Shown here in pieces: positions 34,117-48,262 of a stretch of 64,000 nucleotides of DNA. Below the pieces are notes generated by a model that saw nothing but the letters and a program-made list of their open reading frames with translations, ran no database searches and had not been told where the DNA came from. The first letter of the stretch is position 1, and every line of letters starts with the position of its first letter. Location of the stretch: assembly GCA_004431415.1 (NCBI GenBank), contig QPMI01000395.1, forward strand, positions 124,001 through 188,000, in the 5' to 3' direction. The stretch is from Cyanophora paradoxa CCMP329 (Eukaryota; Plantae; Glaucophyta). The position numbers and the translations under genes were made by a program.

Positions 34117-37100
34117 TCAGAGGTGTATGGTCACAGCGCCAACATTCGGGGTCGACGACCGCGGCTGCAGGCCGATCGTGAGGGTTGCTGGGGTATACGT
34201 AGGCGCGGGCGATTGCACCCGTGCGGGCGGCTGCGCCGGCGGCTGCCCGTGCCGACTGGCGCCGAATCGCTTCTCGAAGATAACGTTCATCTCCTGCTCC
34301 TCGTCCTCCTGCGCAGGGCGTCATGAGATTCAAGAGGTCGGGCGGCCTCAGCTCCAGGAAAGTCGCACCGCGCCGCCGAAAAGCATCTGCCCGAAGTTGG
34401 CCGCGCTGGCCGCCCGCTGCCCGCCGCGTCGGCCGCCCGCTGCCCGCCGCGCTGCCCGTCCGCGGGCTGCTCCGCCCAGGCGTCGCTCGGCCCCGCTCGC
34501 CCCCGCCGGAAGATCTGCAGGTGGTCGAAGGTGGATCACGAGTCGAGGGAATGCGTCAGACCTTGCGATAACAAAAGCGGGAGAAGATGCCGATTTTCTT
34601 GAAGAGGAACCTGCGGGCCGCCATGATCGATGTGAAAGCGGGGAAAAGCTCCGATGAAAAAGCGCCGCACTTGAACATGTTGCGCTCAGCGCGGACCTGG
34701 TTGATGAACAGCACGGCGATCGCGACGATCTGAGGGGTTTCAGAGCACTGAACGAAGCTGGAGCAGTGGGCAGGGGGGGTACCTGGATGATGGAGGCGGC
34801 GAGGGACAGGGTGGGTACGGCGTCGCCGCCCGGGTTCGCCCCGATCTGCGCGCGGCGGACTGAGCCCGAGAAAGCACAGATAAAAAGCCTAGCAAGCAAG
34901 GCGAACAGCAAGGAGGATGCCGAGGCAGGTCAGCTGAAGCGCCTCTATGACGAGCTGCACGTAGTTCTCGATCCTAGCAGTAGCGGTTAGGCCAAGGCGG
35001 GGGCCGGGGCGAGGGCGGCACACCACTCCCTGCGAGAGCCGTTAGCGCGCGTTCACGCGTGTGAGAAAGCGATCGATGTCGGGTGCACCGGAAGGGCCAG
35101 AAGGCGAGCACGTAGAGGACCTCGATGCTGTTGATGAGGATGAGGGCCGCGATCTGGAGGCCGACATACCAGAAGGCGGGGCCGTCGGGGCCCTGCGCGC
35201 TCGCCCTCAGACTGAGCGCGAAGCGAAGATCAGATCAGATCTGAGCGCGCCTCGTTGGGGTCGTTGATGAGGCCGACGGCGAGGCCCGAGCTGAGCTTTT
35301 TGAGGAGGTCCCACGTCTGCGGCGGGGCGCTCAGATCAGATCAGATCTGAAATGCTGCGCGCGCCGCGGAGGCCGGAGGTCCGCAGCGTACCCCGAACCC
35401 TGCGCGCGTGAACGCCAGTCAGCCAGACAGCGAGCGGCGTGAACAGAAGACGGCGGACATTTCCCGAAGTTGTCCCCTCTAGAGAAGAAGAGAAGGTTAG
35501 AAAGGAGAAGCAGCTGTAGAGGGCCGCCGCGCACCGGTAGGGGTCGAAGAAGGCGTCAAACGTCCAGCGGAAGTTTCGCGCTGCGGATTCGGCCCCGCTT
35601 CAGAGGCTCTCCTTGAGAGAAAAAGGCTTTCTCGTACCCGTCCAAAAAGTCCTCTTCGCCTCCTGCTGCCGCGGGTCCACAACCCCTGCGCCGAATTACG
35701 GGCGGGGCAAGACAAAGCCGAGGCAGAACCGAAGCCGCTCACAGAGGCCGCGCTCCCAGTTGGCCCAGACGACCCAGATGCGGAGGTGGCGGCGGGCGAG
35801 CGAGCCCCGCCACCACAGCGCGAGGCGGGCGCGCCGCTCGCGGGCCTCCCGCACCTGCCGCTGGAGCCATCGCTTCGTGCGGCTGTACTCGTCCATCGGC
35901 TTCGGCGCCTCGGGGCTCCACAGCTCCAGGTCCGCCTTGGCCGCCTTGGGCGCGTGGGGCGGCCGGCGGCGGGCACCGCCGGGGACCAGCATTGCGGCGA
36001 GGTCGGCCCCGCCGCGCGCCCTCTCTTGCTCCCCATGGGCGGGGCCGGCCCCGCCGCGGGCCCTGTGCCCGTGCGGGTGCACAAAGGCCGGCGTGGCGGG
36101 GACCTTGCCCTTGCCCTCCGCGATGAGGTCCTCCTGCTTGTGGCGGAACTGGCGGAACTCGTCCTGCGCGAAGGTTCGGTTCCAGGCGGGAAAGATAAGG
36201 AAGCCCGCGGCGCTCGCCTGCTCGAGCTCGATCATCCTCATCTCGTCGTCGCCGTCGCCGCGGTCCTTGCCCGCCCACATCCGCTTCCAGTCCGGCTCCT
36301 CGTGCTCCAGCCTGCGCCCGGTCGGCGCCTGCCGGCTCGTGAGAGGCTGCTGTGCGCACCAGAGGATCTGCGACTCGAATTGGAGCCGCCAGACAATCAC
36401 GGCGACCGTGAAGATGAGGAAAAACCCGCCGGCGCACGCCTGCACAAACCGCCTCCGTGAGAGCCTTCGAAACGCGGAGGGAATGCAGCGCACCAGGAGG
36501 AGGGCGCCGGTGGTGCGCCAGTAGGTGTCGTTGAGGCGCGCCGTCGCCGCGCACGCGAGGATGAATCCCTGCGGACTCTATGACTAACGCAAGAAACCGG
36601 ACGCGGTGAGAGCGGGGACCTCGTAGGCAATGATGAGCACCTACGCTCAGCGTCAAAGGGCTGATGACAAAGCGTATGGCTGCAGCGGAGGGCGCACTGT
36701 GATCTGGGGCTTGGGGAACCAGAGGATCTTGGGCGTCTCCTCGAACTTGAAGTGGTGGCGGCAGACGAACGTCCCGACGGCCTGCAGCACCGAGACGCCC
36801 ACGAAGATTACCGCCGTCCAGAACCTGCGGTTCGGATCCCGGAGGGGTCAGAAAAATCTGGAGAGGGTTCCGCCACGAAGCGCACAGGCTCTCTTGGAGG
36901 AACGGGGCGCCGATCTCGCCTGCGAGATGGGATGGGCGGCACAGTGCGCGGACTGCGCTTTGGATGGCTGCACGGACCGCCGATCTCGCGGCTGAAGGAG
37001 TTGATGCCCAGGAGGTGCCGGCGGCCGCTCTTGCCGCCGCCCGAGCTCCGCTGGCCGAAGCTCCCCAGGCAGAACATCGTCCACTGAGCCGAGGTGGACG

Positions 37101-40100
37101 TCGCGTTGTAGTTGCCCGGCAGGCTGAGCGCCAAGAAGCTGCGGCCGCAGCCGTGAGTGCCGAGAGAGGAAACCAAACAAAGATGGTGGTGCCTTGTTAG
37201 GGAGATGAACTGCGCCTGGTTGATGATACCTGGCTGGCAGCGTTGGCATTCCGGTCAAGAAGCAGAAGCGCCGCGGCAAAGAGCGGACCGAAGGCCCCGC
37301 TGCCGTAGGCGCTGCCTGCGCCGCCTCCGACGCTGCTGGCCATTGACGCGGCAACGGAGCTGCAAAGACCGTCGGCGAAAGAATGCAACCGCAAACGAGC
37401 GAGCTCGCCTGCCGACGGAGAAGGCCACGCCTCCCGCGACGGCGGCGGCAACGGCGGCGGTGATTGCGCGACCGATCGACTTCGGGCCAAGGTCAGCGGA
37501 AGGAACCAAAGAAGAGCCGGGAATGTGAGGATGCACCTGTCCCACTTCGTTCGGGTCGTCGGCCCCGGCCGGCGCCCGCCCTGCACGCAGCACTGAAATG
37601 CGACCCCACAACACCGGACCACGCGCGCACCCTCGCAGATGGTGATCGCGAGGGCGATGGCCGCGTTCTGCACCTCTTCCTGCGAGGGTGCCTTGTCAGC
37701 TCTGCACGGCTTAACAAACGCTCACGGTCCGGCGAACCTGCAGCTCGAGCGTCACAGGTAACATGGAAGTGACGTTCGGTTGCGTGACAATCTCCCGGAA
37801 GAGATCGAAGCCGCTGGCGAATGCGTATCGATCCGAAATCGCCGGCACGGCGTACACCTGCTCGCGTTTTGGTACACGAGATCGATGATAACCGGTACAG
37901 CCGCGGCTCACGTTGGAACGCTTCCGCGCGAGGGCGCTGGCGTTGCGCGTCTCTCCGGTGTCCAACGGCGCGTCGAACGAGAGCAGCACCATCGAACGGA
38001 CGACTCCCGCGCGCCGCCTGGCCTCCAAGACCGCCCTGCCCGCCTCCACTCCCCGCGACATGAGGCGGGGCATGGAAGGAAAGGTCTCCTGTCGAAAGGA
38101 TCACTCAAGACTCGAGTCCAATGAAGAAGGCGGACGCACTGTGGAGAGCTTCTTTGCGGCGATGAGATCGTGGAGGGTCTTAACCTCGGCTCTATCCACG
38201 ACGAGGCTCGCGTTGCCCGACGGCGCCAGGTTGAAGCGCACGAACGAAGCGTAAGAGTCGGGGCCCTGCGACGCAAGCGCAGTGGTCATGCAAGGATCTC
38301 GACTGTTCGAGGGGTCTTACCTGGAGCCAGAACGGGCGCAGCAGCATCTGAACGAACTCCATCGCCGAAGCGTACGAGGCGGCCGAAGCGGCGGCATCGA
38401 CGGCGACGACGATGTCCTTTGGCACGTTGCATGTGTACCTGAGAACACGACGTTTTAGGAAAGTGAGATGCGCTGTAGAACGCGGCGCGCACTCGTCGGT
38501 GACGTAGAGCGTGAGCATGTCCGACTCAGCGTACGCATTCTCGTCGTCCAGAGCTTGAATCCGAGTCAGAGGTCGTCAGTGGAACCCCGAGCGCTAGCAG
38601 AAAGCGCACCGATGGCGCGGACGAAGTAGGTGCCGGCCTTCAGGCTCAGCGACAGCGAATCCGCAGTTGAGCTCTGCAGTGCGTCGCTCACGTACCACTC
38701 GAAACCCGACAGGACGCCCGGCGGGAAGTCCCTGCTGGCGGCAAAGACGTCGGCCTTGCCGAGCTTCGTCTTCCGGTCGATGATGATGTAGGAGTACTTG
38801 TTGGACGGCCGGATGGAGAGGACCGGCACGGACGGCGGCGGGTTGCCTGGCGACGATCACTCAGAGGGGCGGCATTGATTGACGGAAGAGCGCAAACCGA
38901 GCGGGTTGGCGACGTTGATAAACACTCTGCGGACTGGGTACGGCCCCAGCGCAGAGCCTGGGAAGCTCGCCGCGCCGAACCCGGAAAGCCTCTCGGCTAT
39001 CTCCGATCCGGTGTAACCTGAGACGATGAATCACGCAAGGCACAGGATTGAAGCAATCCAAGACGCGGCTTGCCGAAGACAGCAGGGACCTGCGCCGAGA
39101 TCGCCGCGCCTGCGCCTTCCGGGCAGGTTGCGGCTCGAACGTTTCCGAACGCATTCGCGTCGAACTGAACGTTCGCGGCGGCGCCGAGCGCGGAGGCGAG
39201 GGCCGATCCGACCGAGGTGCCGTTGAAGGTGCGAGCAAACGTGCTGGCGCCGGCGCCGTCGATGCAAATGACGCAGGTAACGGCTAGGACCGGGGCGTCA
39301 GTTGCGTGTGCGCAGCCGTCAACGCAAGACCTCAAACGCACTCTTGCGGTTCAGCACCGTGATCTTGACGACTGCGGTGGAAGACTGCAGGCATCTCAGC
39401 CGCCGATAACTTGCGTTTGCGCAAAGAGCGCGAACCTGGCCCAGCCGATCGGTGACCGTGAGCTGGAACGTCGATATTCCCGCGCGGAGGCGCTTCACAG
39501 TCGTCTGCGCAGATGACGCGCTGGCGATGAGGGCCGGCCGCCTCGGGTCCGTCAGTTCGATCTCCGCCCACTGGTACGATGAAACCGCCTTTCCGTCGCA
39601 CGCCACACTTTCAGAGCCGCTAAGCAGTGCCACACCGCGGCCGGACTCGAACGTGATTGCCGCCCCGGGTCCTGCATCAGGTTCATTGAGTTGCAAATTG
39701 CTCACTCGCGCGCACGAAGGCATAACGCTCACCTGTTTTACTGAAGATCTCCTCAGCTGTAGCGACAGCTTTCGGGGGCTTGCCGAGACAGGGGTCGGGC
39801 TGCGGTGGCGCTGCAGAGCAAGGTCAACGGCGTCGCGCACACACAAAGTCTACTCCGGCGCACCTGAAATGACTTCGGAGAGTGGGGTCGTGCCGATAGT
39901 GCCTTCAACTGTGACGCGAACTCGGTAACTGCCGGGATCCGACGGAGCCATCCAGCTGAAGGCCTGGAGATTGTTGCTCGTTGTGTATTGCTGATGTGTG
40001 CGCCCTGTCAGATGCTGGAGGACGCGAAGGCAAAGCTCGACGAGAAAAGAGCCGAACCGCGAGTGACTTGTCGGTGGAGCTCAGAATCGAGACTGACGCG

Positions 40101-43100
40101 TTGACGTCGCGCGACAGCGAGACCGTCGTCCAGAGAACGCTACACGAAACGTCAATTCACGCACGCGTGCATCGAAAACAGAGCTGCACGTGTAGGACTG
40201 TCCTGACGTCAGGGTCGGGATCGCCTGCACCGTCACCGAAGGCTGCGCCGTGGACGTGATGGAGAACAGCGGGCTTGCGCTGGAAACTTTATAGTCGGCG
40301 ACGCCAATCTCGATACGGTAAGCCCCTTTGCTGCGTCAGCGCCCCTTAACTCTTTGAGCCGCGATCGCACCTTTCAGCAAGTTGTCGGGCACTGTCCAAG
40401 TGTAGGATCCAGTGTTGGGCGCATCCGTCACGATGCTCTGCGCAGAATTCAATGATTTATCGGTGACTGCGGTGCTAAAGGCAAATGCAGAGCAACGAAC
40501 TGTGACAACGCCGTCGGAACGCGCGAGACGGATGGCGGTCGTCAGCGATGCGACGTTTGCGAGGTCCCACCGGATCGAAACGCGCGAGCCCGTCGTGAAG
40601 CTTTGGCGGCCGTCCGGCAAGCGGACGATGACTGCAATGAGAATCAACGAGCAGTTCAACGAAGAGACGATTTCAGAGCCGAGCGCACGATAGGCCGGAG
40701 GGAGTTCGACGAGGAACTGGCGCATGTGATCATGATCAGTGAATGAGCTGCGCCGCAGGAAGCTTTAGCAAGTTCACCTGTACGCTTGTGCTGCGGACAG
40801 TCCGGCCGCCCACGCTCGCGCTGATCTCCAAGAAGAAAACGCCACCACCGAGAGTCGAGGGAGGAACCCAAGCAAAGACCCCCGTGTTGTCCACCACAGC
40901 GACCTGTCGTCAGTATCACGAGTCACGACAATCCACTAAGTGCAAAGCGGGCGGCGTGAGCGGCGGCGCACTGGCGCTGTGGCGCCGCTGGCCACGTTTG
41001 CGATGGCGAGCTGCACCAGAGCATCTGCCGGAATCCCGGCGGAGATCCAGCGGACGAGGAATTGCGTTCCGACGGTAAGCTTAACATCAACACCCTGTGA
41101 ATTCTTAAGGAGCTGGTGACAGTGCGAGAAGAAAATGAGCGGCTTGCGTTGCCAGAGGTTGCGGCAGATGGAGATTGGAAAACGATCCCGGCTACGTGCA
41201 ATATCAGCTTCACGCAAGTTGCAGAGAAGGCAAACGTTGACGCACGCTTGCAGCTGCCTCCGACACAGAACGCGGTCGACGTACCGACAGCCGCATCGGA
41301 AGGGACTTCAGCCTGCAACCCATGATCAGATCCGATTGACTCAGGCAATATTGTATTGCAAGCATAGTACAGACCTGCAGAACGTAGATGCCGTCCCTCA
41401 CATCACTACTGATGTTCCAAGCGAAACTTCCGGACTGTACTTGAAGCAGACGCCGTGCCGCGCCGTACGCGTTGCTAGTCGTCTGGGACGATAGCGGCAC
41501 CTTTGAAGCGATCAACTGCGTAGGCGCGGTCGAAGGTCAGCGCGCGAGTGCAATTACGGAAAATCTGCCGCACTTCCAAGGCAGTGAGGCCAGGGAAGGA
41601 CAGGAGGGCGAGAGAGGCTTGAGATTGGCCCGGCGTTGGATTCGATGTCGAGATCGAGAGATTGCAAACGTCGCCTTGCGAGTATTCCGACTCGAAGTTC
41701 GGGCCCCCCACGGTCACCGAGTAGGCTGCACATGGGTGAGAAAAGACTAAACGCAGTTGGCAGCGCCCGCAAAAAAATCGCACGTCGGACGGCGAACTCG
41801 CTGCTAGAAGCAGACACGGTGCCGCTTGACGAAGCGCTCGTAACTTCGAATGAATATCGGCCGGGAGAGAGGCTACCAAACGTCCAAGGCAGCGAGCCGA
41901 CGGAGGACGAGGACGAAACCTGGACCGTCTGCAAGCACAAGCGCTCAGATCGCACGCGCAAGTCTGCGGCAAATGCAAGCGGCACCTTGACCGTGGCCTG
42001 CGCAGCGGACGACACGAGGGCCACCGTGACCACCTGGGTTCCGGAGACGCCGCGCGTCTCCCAAGACACGAGCACGGTTTCCCCCAGAACGACTTCGGAC
42101 GCCGCGGTCGGCGACAGGACGAGAATGCTGCTCGCGTTCGAGGCCAAGGCCACCGCGTCGGATGCTGCGCGCGGTCAGGCACCGCTGCGGCGCGACCCGG
42201 GCGGGCGCAGGGACCGTCGATCATCTGGAAGACGTCGCTCAGCATGGCCAAGGGGGTCTTCGCCGCCGGGCCCTCGAGGATGACCGAGACCTGCGTTCGG
42301 TCAACGCGCGCCTCCGATCCGTGGGCCGTCCGCGAAGCATCAGCGGCATGCGCAGCCTCGCCGAGTCGCACCTGGTACTGGCCCGCTGTAAGAGTCGTGG
42401 AGGCCGCCATTGAGGCTGAGCCTGAGTTCACGCCAGAATAAACAGCCTGCGAACCTTGGTCGTCAGCTCCGGGCATCTAAAACCAGACTCGCAGCGTGCC
42501 TGAGACACAGAGCGGTCAACGGGAAAGACGGCGACCGTCGCTTGCGTGTACGTGGAAGTGTCTGATGTCCAAGCAATGGACGCGGTGCTTCCAAGCACGA
42601 TCACTGAAGTCGACGTCGGATACATGACTTGGGGCGCTGCGACGAGGGGCGGCGCGGGCGAGGGACTCGCGCTCGGCAACGGGCTGGCAGTGGGGGAGGG
42701 GCTAGAGGGATTGGCTATAGCTAGTGGAGACGGGCTGGGCGAGGGGCCAAGGGAGGAGGTGGGGGAGGGGCTGGGCGAGGTGGGCCAGGGGCTCGGTGAG
42801 GGGCTGGGCAGGGACGTGGGCGGCAGGCTGGGCGACGGGCTCGGCGACGGGCTGGGCGACGGGCTCGGCGACGGGCTGGGTGACGGGCTCGGGCTCGGCG
42901 TCTCCGTCGGCGACGGGCTGGGCGACGGGCTCGGGCTCGGCGTCTCCGTCGGCGACGGGCTGGGCGACGGGCTCGGGCTCGGCGTCTCCGTCGGCGACGG
43001 GCTGGGCGACGGGCTCGGGCTCGGCGTCTCCGTCGGCGACGGGCTGGGCGACGGGCTCGGGCTCGGCGTCTCCGTCGGCGACGGGCTGGGCGACGGGCTC

Positions 43101-44955
43101 GGGCTCGGCGTCTCCATCGGCGACGGGCTGGGCGACGGGCTCGGCGACGGGCTCGGGGTCGGGGTCACTGTCGGCGCTGGGAGTCGAGAGCGTTCATTGC
43201 ACGGCGGACGGGGGACTATTGTGCACCGGTGCCGTTAAACCACATCTGTGCTAAGGATATGGGTGAAGCCGCGTTCAAGGTGTTATCGCCGAGCGCAAAC
43301 ACGCTGTTCGGATAGTTCAGGCATCGATATCGTGATTCTATAACCACGCAGGCCAGACGCACAGAGAGCATGTTTGGCGGTCGGACCCATAGGCGGAGTA
43401 CGAGTGGCCCCAGCTTTGAGTAACGGTTGTGAAGTTGCTTGCATCTACGCGAAAGCACACCCTCAGACGCGAGACGCGAGCTTCCGGATTGCGCAGCCAC
43501 GCGGTCACCTGTAGTGTTCAAGATGTTCGTTTTCCCGGTTTGACCATCGGAGTGGATCAAATAATTTCCACAGGATCCAAGCATAAGGAATGGGTAAGAA
43601 GCCTGAAGAGGGGTGAGTGTAGTGGTTCCGACGAATTTAAAAGCCTTTGTAGTGGCCGATAGGTCCACATAGCTGCACAGCGCAAAGAATGAGCACAGCA
43701 AAGGATGGAAGAGCAGTACAAGCTGGCTTCGCACTACAGCGCGTTTGGGATTGCGAGTGCGGTACTGGTACCGCCATTGCCTCCAATGACGTACCACTTG
43801 CTGTCTGCGCGAAAGACAGCGTCACAATACCGCTTCTTTTCCAATATTCAGGGCATCGCAATCGCACCGAGTCTTGCGCAGGCGGGATTCTTTCGGCCCT
43901 GTATCGACCCCGCCCCGCCCGTCGAGATCGATGTCGTCCACGAAGCGCCGCCCCAGCTGCGCTGATGTGAGTCTTGTAATGATACCCAGCCATACCCGAC
44001 GCGAGAGAGACCTGATGAGGTCTCCGAGGAATCCGTTTAGTAACCCCGAGTAACCTCCGAAGACCTGGCCGCAAAGCGGCAGCATCAAGCGATGGTCACC
44101 GGCGGAAGACATAGAAGAGCTGTTCACCCAAACCGACCCGCCGTAGACAGTCATACCTGGCAATATATATCGATCGGACGGCGTAAACGTAAAGTCTGCG
44201 ATTTGCACGCACAGTGATTTTGCCGGGTTGACGGCAAGGCCGTACGCGTTGTGCGGCTGGAGAGAGCGATTGGAAAGCTGTAGAAGTCCGTCACAGTTGT
44301 ACCAGAGTTGAAGTTGAATCCACCTGCGCGCATCCATTACACGCGTGCACGCGATCGCAGCGCGCGGCCGCGGGCCGCATCCGCACCACCGCAGTAAATG
44401 GTCGACGCTTCATCCCAGGCGCACCTGCGGGCGATCAGAGACCGACAAGCAGAGAAACCAAATCGGGTACGCGAAGTCTCCGATGCCGGCCGAGCCTACG
44501 GTGGTGTCGCCCGCCGGGCCGGGCAGCGTGGCGGTCGCTGGAAGGGTCCACGTCGACGTCTCCAGGTTCAACGTCGCAATGGTGTTCTTATAAATGCGCA
44601 AGCCGCCCGCCGAATTTTCATAGCCCCCGAACACCCCGAAGATTCGGGTTGAGCCGCTTCGAAAGACGAGCCCAGCGGCATTCACCCGCCCAGCAGCTGG
44701 AAACGAGGGAAGGGTCGTTGATAGCAGATTCGCGGGGGCTGCGCATGGAGGACCGTGTCAGGGGCACTGCGTCTAGAGAAGCACTTATGGCCAAGTGGTC
44801 GGCGCACCTGTTTGGCCCAGTGCTGACAGCACCAGCGAGAATTGTATCAGGCCGCGCAGAATTAGAGCATGCGGCGATCGCCGCGCCGCCCGCCCTTTTT
44901 CTCCAATTGCAAGCAGTGCCCTGAGAATTGGAGAAGGCTGGTAAGAGAGGCTCAT
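34117..44955 (-). CDS. Giant multi-pass membrane protein: signal peptide, Kelch-like repeats, (SP)n stalk, tandem Ig-like domains, PKD-like domain, TRP/Flc-like transmembrane region
   Basis: Exons join in frame: [19 protein letters not shown]|APANL..GVFGGYE; VFGGYSG; TPSPSPSP repeats; [13 protein letters not shown]; [20 protein letters not shown]; [15 protein letters not shown]; [13 protein letters not shown]|GDNFGKW|FG|[32 protein letters not shown]; ends GAVTIHL*. Confidence 0.82.
42825..43168 (-). repeat. Coding tandem repeat, 42-bp unit [14 protein letters not shown] (about 5 copies) plus (SP)n
   Basis: GGCGACGGGCTGGGCGACGGGCTCGGGCTCGGCGTCTCCGTC repeated. Confidence 0.95.
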
Positions 44956-45637
44956 GCCAAGACGAGGCCGCAGCGCAGGCCAGGCCAGGCCGGGAAGTGA
45001 TCATGGTTTGAAGGCCGACAACCGCCGGGGAACCGAGGAATGAGAAGAGGGGCGCACCTTCGGGCCGCAGGCGCCTGCACCTTCTTCTCAGCGCTTGCAT
45101 GACCTTGAACAGGGTCAGCGCTTCCGCATGGACCGTACATCTGCGCGCACATGTGTCGGCCGGCTGCGTCCGCGAACGTCCGGACGCGCGCACCATGTGT
45201 CTATATATATATATATACATGACCGCAGTTCGTGCGCTGGTGGGTTGAGGCCGGCACATACGCCGCGCGGAGCAGTGACTGACGAGTCGCCGCGCGGCCG
45301 GCGCCGGCGCCGAGCTCGACGTCCCAGGCCAGGCCCGCGCTGGTCGTCGCCGTACGCGTCGGCTGGCTCTCGAATATCGCAGTGCGGCTGCCGGGCACGC
45401 GCTGCGCAGCGGCGCTATGCCTCGCTGATCATGCCGATGTCTGAAAGCTGCACAAGCCGATGTCGGCCACTGCGGCCACTGCGCTCGAGCGCTTGGGGCT
45501 CGCGCGCTCTCGCTGCCAGGCTGCTGCTGAGCGCGAGCCCACTGAGCGAGTGCCACGGTGCGCGGCTGCGCGGGCCGGGCGCCGGCGTCGCCGACGGAAC
45601 AGTCAGCGGCCTGTGCGGTAGGCTGTACGGTCTGTAC

Positions 45638-46123
45638 TAGGGCTGTCGTCAGTCACTGACAGTCACAGTCAGAGGGTCTGACTGACCTCACTGGGTCAGC
45701 TTTTGGCTGACTGACGTTTTCTCAGTCCCATACAACACCCTGCTGGGAGCGTGCCCCCCTGCGGGCTTTTTCCATCTAAAGCTGACGTGGGTCGACCAAA
45801 AAATGATCTCCTGTCGTCGAAATCTTCAAGAAACCGCCGCGGCGCCCATGTGCATGGTAAGAGGCTAATGGAGTCTGACGTGCGCCTGGCGGGGGCCGAA
45901 TCTCCTTTTCTCGTCCTCTCTGCTCGCATAACGTGCCTGGCCTGATGCTTGGCAACTTGAATGAAGTAGATAGATCGCGCTTGGGTCAATTCCTGCCAAT
46001 TTCCTGGTCATTTTCCCCGGCTTTTGCACGGTAGCCTGACTGAACCTCGGGTTGACTGATTCAGTCACAGTCAGTGGGGCTGACGGACTGGGTCAGCCGG
46101 GGGACTGACTGACGACAGCACTA
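45638..46123. mobile_element. hAT-type MITE, copy 2
   Basis: Same TIRs as 5088-5578; perfect 8-bp TSD GTCTGTAC at 45630-45637 and 46124-46131. Confidence 0.95.
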
Positions 46124-46673
46124 GTCTGTACCGGACAGCCTATATATAGCTAGGCGCTGGGACAGCTGGGAGTCAGTGGGACAGTCGGCGTGCGGAATTC
46201 GAAAGGCGGGGGAGGCCGCCGCGGCGGCCGCTGAGCAGATCTAGAGGAGGCTCTCTGAGGAGCGCACTGCCACTCAGCGCAGCGGCCCCGCGGGCCGCGG
46301 CCGGCGGCGCGGCCGCCGGCAGGCGGCGGCAGCTGCAGGCCGATCGCGAGCGCGACCACCGCCGACCAGCCTGGCAGCGCCGCGCTAGCCGCTAGGGGCG
46401 AGCCTAGCGCTAGCCGCTGGAGCCTGGCGGCCGCGGCCCGCGGTTCGCGCGGGGAATCGCGCCACATTAAATATTGCCTAGGAGCCAGAATCAAAAGCTC
46501 CGAGGCTTTCCGAAAGGTACGCACGCGAGCTCGAGGCTACCGGTAGCGCTCCGACCGTCGGACTTTCCGCGAGCGGATTCGAGCTATAGCTGCCTGGCGC
46601 CGAAACTTAGGCCCGAAAGAGGAGAGGAGAGGGGAGCTTGAGGCCCAGAGTCGAGGGGACCGGAGGAGATCTA

Positions 46674-46927
46674 CTGTAGAACTAGAAATATTTAGTGGGC
46701 TGCATATTTATAGTACTAAAAAGTTTTGGGCGATCTACTAAATATTGGTACTAAAAAGTTTTGGGCGATTTCTCGCCTGCTAAAGGCGAGATTTCTTAGG
46801 GGTAGTCCCTTCTCCGCCATACAAAAGCCCTGCGAAGACCGACCTACTAAAGATTTTGCCCCTGCTAAAATGACAGTTTTGGCGAACTACTAATTATTTT
46901 CCTGTACTAAATAAACTAGTTCTACAG
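46674..46927. mobile_element. TA-flanked Tc1/mariner-type MITE
   Basis: TA|CTGTAGAACTAG ... CTAGTTCTACAG|TA; internal GTACTAAAAAGTTTTGGGCGAT occurs twice. Confidence 0.85.
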
Positions 46928-47200
46928 TACTAGATCTAGAGGAGAGGACCGCCGGGCCGGGAGGTTGTTCCGGCACCAAGTGTGCACTGCGGCAACTTGA
47001 AACTACCCGAATGACCCCCAAAAGCTATTAGGCCGCGTCGCGATCGCGGGGGCGGCTTCGCGTAGCTAGCGCGCGCGGAGCAGGTGTAGCGATGCGCAAA
47101 TCTAGTATAGGCATCAGAGCATCGGCTGAGGTGCCACGGTGGTCGGGTGCGGCCAGCGCGGCCGATCGTCCGCCAGCAATAACAGCGGCGCTAGTAGATT

Positions 47201-47399
47201 AGGGGGTCAACTGGGCTATTACCAGGCTGAAACCGGGCTGAACCATTAGCCCGGCCGATAGCCCGCCGAGCTGATTCCGAGCTAAAGCTGAGCATTTTCT
47301 AAAATCTATGCCAAGTATGACTGCAGTGGCGCTATTCCTGGGCTATTTCCGGGCTAAATTTTAGCTCAGCTTTGGCTCGGTTTTAGCTCACCGGACCCT
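47201..47399. mobile_element. Degenerate MITE (GGGTC..GACCC ends)
   Basis: Imperfect terminal match and internal GGGCTA/TAGCCC/GAGCT repeats. Confidence 0.35.
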
Positions 47400-48262
47400 T
47401 TCACCCGCCCACCCTGCCCCGCCCCGCCCGCCCCGCGCTTGGTGGACATGAGATGAAATACTTCATTACTAGGGGCCCGGCCGCGTTTGTCGCGCCGGGG
47501 GTGCAAGGGGGGAACCGGGATCTAATGAAAGAGTCGTAGTGGGACGCACATGCGTGCGGCAGATCGACCCCGGCGCCGGCCCAGTGCGCGCGGGAGCTCG
47601 AGGTTGAAGTGTATATATATATATATACGTAAAGATAAACACAGATTAAGATTGAAAAAAAAGAAAAGGCTCGATTAGCACACGCTGCGATCAAACCGAA
47701 TAAAGAAAAGCCTCAATGAAAGGCCAGATTCAGCGCACACTATATTAAAGATTGTTCTGGAGCCAAAAAACGCTGAGCATCAACTGTGTTCGCACGGCCG
47801 CGGCCTACCGCTAACCCTGAACAGCTGGCTAAAAGATGATGGTGCTGTCTGCAGAGGGCTCGCCGTAAACATAGGCGATCCAGGCCTTCTGGAGGGGGTC
47901 GGGGCGGAAGTCGATTCTGGAGGGGATCGGGGCGGAAGTCGACTTTGGGCGGAATAATGTCCCGAATCCGATGGTCATCCCGAATAATGTGAATGACTTG
48001 TTGCTCCAGGCTCGGGATGATTCTATCGCAAACCTGATTGATTTGACGGGCCGGCGCTACTCCGTTCCTCTCAGGCAGTTGAAACGCTCCAGGCTGAGCG
48101 TGCGCATGCAGCATGCGCAGCGGCGCTGAGGCACTGCAGCAGGATATAGCTAGCTGCCAGCTGCAGTAGCACGCGGCATCACACGATTTCCAACTTTGAC
48201 GGGCGCTGCAGCTGCAGCTGGCCGGCAGCTGCAGGAATCGCCGCGCGCGCCGGCGCCGCGTG

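Noticed and set aside
47740-48100. Coding-looking segment (DFGRNNVPNPMVIPNN.. on +, or ORF 47740-48609 on -)
   Set aside because: No recognisable domain, start or splice context; possibly a transposon fragment, but unsupported.
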